A stretch of 49,086 nucleotides of DNA from Actinomycetota bacterium (GTDB lineage: Bacteria; Actinomycetota; Humimicrobiia; Humimicrobiales; Humimicrobiaceae). The notes beneath the pieces are model-generated. The model was given only the letters and a program-made list of their open reading frames with translations. It was not told the DNA's origin and ran no database searches. The stretch lies in contig SOKC01000031.1 in NCBI GenBank assembly GCA_004376325.1, positions 1-49,086 on the forward strand, written 5' to 3'. Positions 1-7,334 of this stretch are shown here, one piece after another. The first letter of the stretch is position 1. Each line of letters opens with the position of its first letter. Position numbers and translations under genes: made by a program.

Positions 1-1107
1 CCTTAAGCTGCAGATGCATTTCCTGCCCTCATCTCCAAAATACCCGCAATAACATGGATTCGTAGCCACTATTAACATAAAATTACAGGGAAAACTACAG
101 GACAGATGATTTCTGGTGATAACTACTTTCTTATTTTCCAGAGGCTGTCTTAAATCCTCTATAAAATTTTTAGGAAATTGCGAAAACTCATCCAAAAACA
201 GTAGACCCTTATGAGCCAGGCTGATTTCTCCGGGTCTCGGATTAATACCTCCTCCAATAAGACCCACTCTGCTTATAGTATGGTGAGGATTTCGAAATGG
301 TCTTTCCTGTATCAGGAGGTTAACATACTTTTCATATAAACTATAAATTTTAGTAACCTCTATACACTCCTCCAGATTTAAGTCCGGCATTATAGAAACA
401 GCTCTCTGGGCCAGCATGGTTTTACCGCTTCCGGGAGGTCCTATTAACATAATGTTATGCCTGCCGCTTACAGCTATTTCCAGTGCCCTCTTTGCCTTAA
501 GCTGCCCTTTCACATCTTTTAAATCAAAATTATATTGATGGTTTCTGTTTGTAATATTCTTATCTTTATCTTTACATATAAATTTCTCTATTTGTTCCCC
601 GCCAGTGAGAACTTTTACAGTCTCAACCAGGCTTTTGCACGCCACAATCCTTATACCGGAAATAAAAGAAGCCTGATTGGCAATCCCGTGTGGTACAAAA
701 AAAAATTTCTTACCCATACCCCGTGCTTTTTCAGCCATGGAAATCAAACCTTTTACCGGATTTATACTACCATCCAGTGACAGTTCTCCTATAAAGCAAG
801 ATTCCTTAAAGATGCCGCACCTGATCTGATCGCTGGCTGCAAGGATTGAAAGAGCTATTGGTAAGTCGTAATAAGAGCCGTCTTTTTTTATATATGCCGG
901 TGATAGATTTACAATTATTTTATTAACAGGGAAATCAAATCCACTGTTGATTATCGCAGATCTTACTCTCTGCCTTGATTCATTTACAGCTTTCCCCGGC
1001 AGTCCGACAATTATAAAATCAGGGAGTCCCCTTGATATATGAACTTCTACAGACACCTTTATGGCATCAATACCAATTAGTGTAAAACTATCCAGCTTAA
1101 AGAGCAT
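1..1107 (-). CDS. comM: YifB/ComM-family Mg-chelatase-like AAA+ ATPase (N-terminal ~369 codons; ORF runs off the window at position 1)
   Basis: Own reverse translation from ATG 1107..1105: MLFKLDSFTLIGIDAIKVSVEVHISRGLPDFIIVGLPGKAVNESRQRVRSAIINSGFDFP..., then Walker A IGPPGSGKTMLA and Walker B GLLFLDEF. Absent from the ORF track because no stop lies inside the window. Confidence 0.85.
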   Translation of the reverse strand, partial: MLFKLDSFTLIGIDAIKVSVEVHISRGLPDFIIVGLPGKAVNESRQRVRSAIINSGFDFPVNKIIVNLSPAYIKKDGSYYDLPIALSILAASDQIRCGIFKESCFIGELSLDGSINPVKGLISMAEKARGMGKKFFFVPHGIANQASFISGIRIVACKSLVETVKVLTGGEQIEKFICKDKDKNITNRNHQYNFDLKDVKGQLKAKRALEIAVSGRHNIMLIGPPGSGKTMLAQRAVSIMPDLNLEECIEVTKIYSLYEKYVNLLIQERPFRNPHHTISRVGLIGGGINPRPGEISLAHKGLLFLDEFSQFPKNFIEDLRQPLENKKVVITRNHLSCSFPCNFMLIVATNPCYCGYFGDEGRKCICSLR

Positions 1108-1113
1108 GCACTA

Positions 1114-1142
1114 ATTATATATACATTTACACATATAGTCAA
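1114..1142 (-). promoter_or_regulatory. Sigma70-type promoter TTGACT-17-TATAAT ending 6 nt upstream of the comM ATG (implies leaderless mRNA)
   Basis: Minus strand reads TTGACT (1142..1137), a 17-nt spacer, TATAAT (1119..1114), TAGTGC, then ATG (1107). No Shine-Dalgarno between -10 and ATG. Confidence 0.45.
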
Positions 1143-1218
1143 TTGTATAATATATATATACATCGATTAACTAGAAATGAAAAGCAATAAAAAATGCCGG
1201 AGGACAAAGTTAGATAAA

Positions 1219-1272
1219 GAAATAGTTCATCTAAAAATTATTAAAATTTAAATCCTTTTTTTCACTATTCTA
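1219..1272. repeat. Direct repeat copy 1 (54 bp, 51/54 identical to 8446..8499; 38-nt exact core 1232..1269)
   Basis: gaaataGttcatCtaaaaattattaaaatttaaatcctttttttcactattCta versus copy 2, aligned by eye. Weak extension 12 nt further left (AAGTTA at the same offset). Confidence 0.85.
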
Positions 1273-1805
1273 TGCCTAGGCTTGTTAAACAGATATTTCT
1301 TATTGGACATTTATCGCAATTTGGCCTGGCATTACAAACATCCCTTGCGAAATACCAAAATATCCTATCTAATTCGGCAGGAGAATATCCACTTTTCTTT
1401 GATAGCTTAATAATTAAATTCCGAAGGAAAATATAATTTTTCTCATTTCCTGGATTAGTCCCTATATCAATATCCTCATAGCCATAAACTAATTTTCACT
1501 CCCCATCTATACTTTGCTTTTTTAAAAATATTTTCTGCTTTATTCTCAGTAATATCTTTAAAAGTTTTAAATTCTTTATTCATTTCCCTAAAAATGTCCG
1601 CTCCTTTTTCTCCTCTCATCGCTCTCAATAAAAGGTTCATTGTGAAGATATTAAATATTTGAATAGGCTTTCCTTTTCGGTTTTTAGATAATTGTCTTAA
1701 ATAAGACTTTCTGCATTCTTCGATAGTTTGTCTTCGTTTTATATAGCCTAGAGAAGGGTGAATTTCCTCTGAGCCAAATGGGAGTGAACCCCTCCAGTTA
1801 GACAT
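1270..1805 (-). pseudogene. Frameshifted gene for a ~179-aa protein with a C-terminal Cys4 motif resembling the endonuclease III iron-sulfur cluster loop (glycosylase-like, family uncertain)
   Basis: Track ORF 1476..1805 stops at 1476. The +1 frame continues without any ATG/GTG/TTG as YGYEDIDIGTNPGNEK...FWYFARDVCNARPNCDKCPIRNICLTSLGIE* to stop 1270..1272. The two frames overlap only at 1476..1496, next to a T4/A4 run (1493..1496). Confidence 0.5.
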
Positions 1806-1911
1806 ATTGCATACTAAAAAAACTTAAGTTAGAATAGCTGGCAAGACCCTATTTTGTTTATCTACAATTAAATGCATACTTTTATAAATTTTATCATATT
1901 TTAATGTTTAA

Positions 1912-2571
1912 CTAATACCTAATTTTACTAAGAAAATCCTTACTGTTTCTTGAAAGAATATTTTCAACTTCATCTGATTCCAGTCCTGAACCAATTCCTA
2001 CCTTGCTTTGAAAATCAGATTGGAAGAGGTCACTATGGTTGTGGGCATCACTATTTATTAAAAACCTTACTCCTGCTTCCCTTCCTACTTTTGCTACAAT
2101 GCCATTTGTCAAACCGTGGCCTTTCCTGGAAGTAATTTCAATATACACATCATTTTTTACAGCAGTATTGGCCTCATCTGGCGTAAAAATACCAGGGTGA
2201 GCAAGAAGATCTACATATTTAGAACTTACTGCTTCCAAGTTTGTGCCTGCTTCAACCTTTTCTACTATACTTTCTCCATGCACTACTACTATTTTTGCAC
2301 CAAGTTCTTTAGCATCTTTTGCCATATCGTTTATGCTTTTTGCGGGAATATTTGTAAGTTCTACACCAGGTATAGCAACTATATCCCAGTACTTCTCCGC
2401 TAAATGACAATCTTTTTTTATCCCTTCAATTAAATAATCAAGGTTAGAGTAGCTTGCGTGGTCAGTTATAGCTATACACCTATAGCCAGCAGCAACCGCA
2501 AATCTTATAAGTCCAATTGGGCTGCTTCCTCCATCTGATAAAAAAGTATGTGTGTGAAAATCATATATCAT
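1912..2571 (-). CDS. PHP-domain metal-dependent phosphoesterase (histidinol-phosphatase-like fold)
   Basis: N-terminal DFHTHTFLSDG, then ITDH, VVHGE and SDAHN metal-ligand motifs typical of the PHP superfamily; 219 aa. Confidence 0.8.
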   Translation of the reverse strand: MIYDFHTHTFLSDGGSSPIGLIRFAVAAGYRCIAITDHASYSNLDYLIEGIKKDCHLAEKYWDIVAIPGVELTNIPAKSINDMAKDAKELGAKIVVVHGESIVEKVEAGTNLEAVSSKYVDLLAHPGIFTPDEANTAVKNDVYIEITSRKGHGLTNGIVAKVGREAGVRFLINSDAHNHSDLFQSDFQSKVGIGSGLESDEVENILSRNSKDFLSKIRY

Positions 2572-3325
2572 GAAAATTTTTCCTCTTTAAAAATATTTAA
2601 AAAATATTAATTGTAATTTAAAAAATAAAGTTTTGCATAATTTTATCAGTACAAGAGATAAAAAACTATTAAAAAATTAAACTTATCAAGCATTTAAAAA
2701 AATATCAATTATAATTATTATTGGTAAGGGTAGATAGTAAAGTTGATGAAAAATATAATGAAGATAAAATTCCATATAGAATATTTATAGAGCCTTCTTT
2801 GTATATTAGGTAAGATAAAAAGAATATGATATAATAAAAAAAGTAAGTTTAAGAAAGAAGAGAATTAAACCTTAGGACAGACTTAATCAAGTTAGACTCT
2901 TTTATGCAAAAGGTAGAAAGAGCCACAGAGGCTAATAGAGTTCTCTCAAGTATCTTTTTATGAGATTTGACACTCATTTATTATTTTATTTATTTTTTAC
3001 ACGTTACAGGCAGGTAATATAATGATATTTTATTTGGATCCTGTATATTCAAATAAATATAATAGAGCAAATGATTTACAAATGAAATTAATTTTAATTA
3101 ATTTAGTGCCACCTTAGAAAACAAATTAAAGCTAGTCTAACCTAAGTAAATTCTAGTATATAATATAGTAATTATGCGGATTCAGTCCATCATTTATACA
3201 ACTATTTACATAAGGTAGTTATTGCTAAATTACGATTATATTAAGCGACTGATTATATCACAGGTTTTTTCTTTACAGAATATTATAATTTAGTTGAAAA
3301 ATTCAAGGAAAGGAAGTAATGAAAA

Positions 3326-4423
3326 ATGGTAGAAATTAGAACAGCACTGGTAGGTATTGGTAATTGTGCTAGCGCACTGGTACAAGGACGTTTCTATTAC
3401 AAAGACAGGGAGGTAGATATTCCTGGTCTTATTACTAAAAATTTCGGAGGATATTTTGCAAGCGATATCAATTTTGTAGCAGCCTTCGATGTAGATGAAA
3501 GAAAAGTAGGACTTGATCTCAGCAAGGCTATATTTTCCTTACCAAATTGTACTATAATCTTTCAAAAAGATATCCCTGATCTTAATTGTAATGTTAACAT
3601 GGGATATGTGATTGATAGTATCTCTGAGCATGCTAAATTATATAATGAAGATGTGAGATTTAAGCCCAGAAAAAATGTTTACAGCTCAGAGGATGAAGCT
3701 AGAAAAGCTATTGTAGATATACTTCAGAAAGCAAAAGTTGATGTACTGGTAAACTATTTACCTGTGGGCAGTGAAAAAAACACTTTATTTTATGCTGATT
3801 GTGCTCTTGAAGCAAAAGTTGCTTTTGTTAATGCCATACCTGTCTTTGTTTCAAAGTTATATGGAGACAAATTCAAAGAAGCAGGTCTTCCAGTAATAGG
3901 GGATGATATCAAATCTCAAGTAGGAGCAACTATTATACACAGGGTACTGACAAAATTATTTGAAGATAGAGGTGAGCCGGTAAAACGTACCTATCAGATC
4001 AATGTAGGAGGAAATACAGACTTTCTAAATATGCTAAATAAGAAAAGACTGGAAAGTAAAAGAATTAGCAAAACTCAGGCAGTAACAAGTCAGATGGGCG
4101 ATCATCAAATTCCAGGTGATGATGTTTATATCGGTCCAAGTGATTATATCCCCTGGCTTTATGATAGAAAAATATGCTTTATAAGGATAGAAGCTGAACA
4201 GTTTGGAGGTGTACCGATGGATCTTGAACTGAGACTATCTGTTGAAGATTCCCCAAATTCTGCTGGAGTAATCATGGATGCAATCAGAGCAGCAAAGGTA
4301 GCCCTTGATAAGAAGTTCTCAGGTCCTATTATTGAAGCAAGTGCCTATCTTGCCAAGTCTCCAGTTAAGCAATTTGATGATGCTCAAGCTAAAAAAATGC
4401 TACTGGAATTTGCTGAAGTCTAA
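3326..4423 (+). CDS. ino1: myo-inositol-1-phosphate synthase (short archaeal/bacterial type)
   Basis: ALVGIGNCASALVQGRFYY N-terminal NAD-binding motif and overall 365-aa pattern typical of prokaryotic MIPS. SD AAGGAAAGGAAG at 3305..3316. Confidence 0.8.
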   Translation: MVEIRTALVGIGNCASALVQGRFYYKDREVDIPGLITKNFGGYFASDINFVAAFDVDERKVGLDLSKAIFSLPNCTIIFQKDIPDLNCNVNMGYVIDSISEHAKLYNEDVRFKPRKNVYSSEDEARKAIVDILQKAKVDVLVNYLPVGSEKNTLFYADCALEAKVAFVNAIPVFVSKLYGDKFKEAGLPVIGDDIKSQVGATIIHRVLTKLFEDRGEPVKRTYQINVGGNTDFLNMLNKKRLESKRISKTQAVTSQMGDHQIPGDDVYIGPSDYIPWLYDRKICFIRIEAEQFGGVPMDLELRLSVEDSPNSAGVIMDAIRAAKVALDKKFSGPIIEASAYLAKSPVKQFDDAQAKKMLLEFAEV

Positions 4424-4529
4424 AATTATTAAGTTTGCCATCAAAATCTAATTTGAAATAGGATACTCAGGTTCAGCAGTAGATGTATCATCCAATTTGT
4501 AAATTAACCAATATAATGCCTGGGGTAGC

Positions 4530-5912
4530 GTGTCTATAATAGGAACCAAAGCTGCTGCAGAAATTAATAACAAAGTTGTTATTCTTGCTGCAGGAGAAGG
4601 AAAAAGATTAAGAACTAAAAAAAAGAATGAGACAAAAGCTCAAATAAAAGTATATGGGTTAAGCTTAATCCAAAGGGCAATCCTATCTGCAAAAAAAGCT
4701 GGTCTCAGTAATTTTATAGTTGTTGTTGGATATAAAAAAGAAATACTAGTATCTCATCTAAAAAAATTATCTAAAATACATGATTTAAACATTGAAATTG
4801 TTGAAAATCCGCAATGGGAGAAAGGGAATGGGACATCTGTTTATGCTTGCCATGATCTTATAAAAGGTAACTTTTTTATCTTAATGTGTGATCATCTCTT
4901 TGATCCGTCCATACTCACAGAGCTGTCTAAGAACAACCTTCCAGAAAATGGTGCGATACTGGCAATTGATAAAAATATTGACAAAGTATTTGATCTTGGT
5001 GATGCTACTAAAGTTCAAGATCAAGATGGAAGCATAATAAGGATAGGCAAAAACCTAAAGTCTTTTAATGCGGTAGACACAGGAATATTTTTTTGTACGC
5101 CTACTATATTTGCTGCTTTAGAAAATGCATTTAGCGAGAGAAAGCACTCTCTATCAGATGGAATTGCCAGGATTATAAATCTGGACAAAATGAAAGCTTA
5201 TGATATTGGCAATAAATTTTGGTTGGATATTGATACAGAGAAAAGCCTTAAGTATGCCAAAAGAGCTTTACTTTCTCAACTAAATAAAATCAGCGAAGAT
5301 GGTTTTATTTCAAGGTTTGTAAATAGACCTATTTCTAAAAGGATATCAGTTATGCTTTCCTATTTTCCTATATCACCAAATATTATTACTATTATAAGTT
5401 TTGTTACTGGATTGATGGCTGCCTTTATGTTTATAAAAGGAAATTATTTTTTCACACTATTTGCAGGCTTATTAGTTCAGCTATCTTCAATAATTGACGG
5501 ATGTGATGGAGAAATAGCGCGATTAAAATTCCAGGGTACTCCTTTTGGAGCATGGTTTGATACCATTTTAGATAGATATGTAGATACAGCCATCTCAATT
5601 GGAATTGGATATAGTTTCTGGTTGACACATCCAGGAGTTCTTCCCTGGATTGGTTGTATCCTGGCATTGGTAGGATTCATTTTAACAAGCTATTTAAAAA
5701 AAGAATATTTCAGGCGATATTTTGAAGAAATGCCCAAATCATTTATTCGAACATTAATAAAAAGAGACATCAGGTTATTTGTAATATTTATGGGAGCAAT
5801 AATCAATAAACCTTACTGGGCATTAATAAGTATTGGTATTATTTCACATATAGGAATTGGATGGAGTTTTTTAGAAATTTATTTTAGGAAGAATCACTCA
5901 AGAAGAATGTGA
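4530..5912 (+). CDS. Bifunctional CTP:inositol-1-phosphate cytidylyltransferase / CDP-alcohol phosphatidyltransferase-family enzyme (IPCT/DIPPS-like)
   Basis: N-terminal sugar-nucleotidyltransferase signature VILAAGEGKRL. C-terminal ~190 aa is multi-TM and carries the CDP-alcohol transferase motif DGCDGEIARLKFQGTPFGAWFDTILDRYVD. GTG start. Confidence 0.8.
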   Translation: MSIIGTKAAAEINNKVVILAAGEGKRLRTKKKNETKAQIKVYGLSLIQRAILSAKKAGLSNFIVVVGYKKEILVSHLKKLSKIHDLNIEIVENPQWEKGNGTSVYACHDLIKGNFFILMCDHLFDPSILTELSKNNLPENGAILAIDKNIDKVFDLGDATKVQDQDGSIIRIGKNLKSFNAVDTGIFFCTPTIFAALENAFSERKHSLSDGIARIINLDKMKAYDIGNKFWLDIDTEKSLKYAKRALLSQLNKISEDGFISRFVNRPISKRISVMLSYFPISPNIITIISFVTGLMAAFMFIKGNYFFTLFAGLLVQLSSIIDGCDGEIARLKFQGTPFGAWFDTILDRYVDTAISIGIGYSFWLTHPGVLPWIGCILALVGFILTSYLKKEYFRRYFEEMPKSFIRTLIKRDIRLFVIFMGAIINKPYWALISIGIISHIGIGWSFLEIYFRKNHSRRM

Positions 5913-6073
5913 TAGGGAGATATGCGAATTAAAGCAAAAACAAAAGCAGATTAATTTTAAAATATGATTAAAAGCTTTTTTATTATGTGAATAGATATTC
6001 TTGCGAAATCAGACACTAATTCTTGTTTTCAGAGAACAGATATTCTTGTTATTTACGGAAAAATATTATTTTT

Positions 6074-6130
6074 TTAGACATTAGCAATTTCTCTTCTCAA
6101 ATTTGTGTTCTTCAAACAAACTTTTCTCAT
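6074..6130 (-). other. Orphan 18-codon mini-ORF (MRKVCLKNTNLRREIANV) behind a near-perfect SD
   Basis: Minus strand AAAGGAGGAAC (6141..6131) lies directly before ATG 6130..6128, with TAA at 6076..6074. Sits in the convergent gap between the IPCT/DIPPS stop and the GT stop. Confidence 0.2.
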
Positions 6131-6212
6131 GTTCCTCCTTTTGTTTAAAGGTGTGTTAGGTGACCCGAAGACAAGTCACGATTGTGGCGAAGCGTTTTGC
6201 TTGGTGACATAA

Positions 6213-7289
6213 TTATATATCCCTAAATAGTTTAATAAACAATTCTGCAACCTTTTCAGATGAATTATTATTTACATATTTTTCAGCAGAATTTAAAACA
6301 TCTTTTCTGAAATCTTCGTCTAGTATTAGCTTAATTATTGCCTCCTTCAACTCTTTTCTATTATTATACTTTACAATTTCCTTCTCTAATAATTTAAAAT
6401 GCTTGGTATTTGGGACAACTATGGGGGTCAAAGCACCTAAACATTGAAAAGCTGTACTTGAAACAACAACTGAATCTGTAGGTGATTTGGGTATTAGATG
6501 TACATCCGCTACATGTAAATATTCATAAATTTTTTCAGTCGGTGCAGCCTCCATTCTTAAATCCAAAAACTTGGGAAGTTCCTTTTGGTTCCACTTATGA
6601 TCTGATCGGAGGATAATATACTTTATTTCATACTCTCCCTTCAATTCCTCAACTACTTTAAGATAGTCCTTATACTCTTTTAATGGCTGTCTCCCAAATG
6701 AGAATAATATTATCTTCTCCTTAGAAATACTTAACTTTTTCCTTGCTAGTGCCTTATTGCCTCTCACAACTGGATGGCAGGGATAGGGTATTATATGAAT
6801 CTTATTTGGAGAGTATCTTCTCGATAGCATCGATTTATATTTGCTATCAAAACAAACGATGCCGTCAAATTCGCACTTATAGAAACTTTCATAGCTGGGT
6901 AATTTGCCTTCATGCACTACGAGAATTTTTTTTGCCTTGATCTTCTTCCAATTTTTGAGAAGAGTTTGGATAGGTATAAGTGCTAATCCCTGGACAACAA
7001 GAATATCGTAATTTTCTTTCCATAACCTGTCATCAATCCATCCCGACTCACCTAGAGCCATGGGTTGTTCATATCCCCTTATTACATAATCTTCATCAGG
7101 TTTTTCGATAATTTGATGATGCCAATCCTGCGCCGATTTTAATGTAGGCGCAAAAACAGTCAAATCATGTTTTTTTATCCACTCTTTTGCTACTAATTCC
7201 GCATGCATTGATATTCCACAGGTAGCATTCCATCTTGTTATCATTGCGATTTTCGTGGCAGGAAACCTCCTTTCCATATATCTCAACAT
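6213..7289 (-). CDS. GT-B-fold glycosyltransferase (family not assignable by eye)
   Basis: N-terminal KIAMITRWNATCGISMHAE (Rossmann beta1 plus loop as in GT4-like enzymes). Second Rossmann half begins KIILFSFGRQ. 358 aa; start could be 7289 or 7277. Confidence 0.55.
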   Translation of the reverse strand: MLRYMERRFPATKIAMITRWNATCGISMHAELVAKEWIKKHDLTVFAPTLKSAQDWHHQIIEKPDEDYVIRGYEQPMALGESGWIDDRLWKENYDILVVQGLALIPIQTLLKNWKKIKAKKILVVHEGKLPSYESFYKCEFDGIVCFDSKYKSMLSRRYSPNKIHIIPYPCHPVVRGNKALARKKLSISKEKIILFSFGRQPLKEYKDYLKVVEELKGEYEIKYIILRSDHKWNQKELPKFLDLRMEAAPTEKIYEYLHVADVHLIPKSPTDSVVVSSTAFQCLGALTPIVVPNTKHFKLLEKEIVKYNNRKELKEAIIKLILDEDFRKDVLNSAEKYVNNNSSEKVAELFIKLFRDI

Positions 7290-7301
7290 CTGTCAAAGAA
7301 A

Positions 7302-7326
7302 AGTCAGCTTTTTTGCTGGCTTTTTT
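7302..7326. terminator. Weak hairpin with T-runs on both strands between GH130 and the GT gene
   Basis: AGTCAGC-TTTTTT-GCTGGCT followed by TTTTT on the plus strand. On the minus strand AGCCAGC-AAAAAA-GCTGACT followed by TTTCTTT. One mismatch in a 7-bp stem. Confidence 0.3.
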
Positions 7327-7334
7327 AGTTAAAA

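Noticed and set aside
535-780. 81-aa plus-strand ORF near the left edge
   Set aside because: It sits antisense inside the comM/yifB coding region, whose minus-strand translation is continuous and carries AAA+ motifs.
1476-1500. Programmed +1 ribosomal frameshift in the Cys4-motif gene
   Set aside because: I see no recognisable slippery or stall context beyond a plain A4 run, and no conserved downstream structure. A homopolymer indel (mutation or sequencing error) is the simpler explanation.
2872-3146. Long-range inverted match CTTAGG...GTTAGACT (2872..2899) versus AGTCTAACCTAAG (3133..3146) in the 754-bp spacer
   Set aside because: There are only 13 matched nt, with a 14-nt gap on one side. 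By rough estimate this is not clearly above chance in a 750-nt AT-rich region, so it is not reported as IS ends or an RNA stem.
5452-5680. Two minus-strand ORFs (71 and 67 aa) inside the IPCT/DIPPS gene
   Set aside because: They overlap the CDP-alcohol transferase motif region on the opposite strand and show no independent signals.
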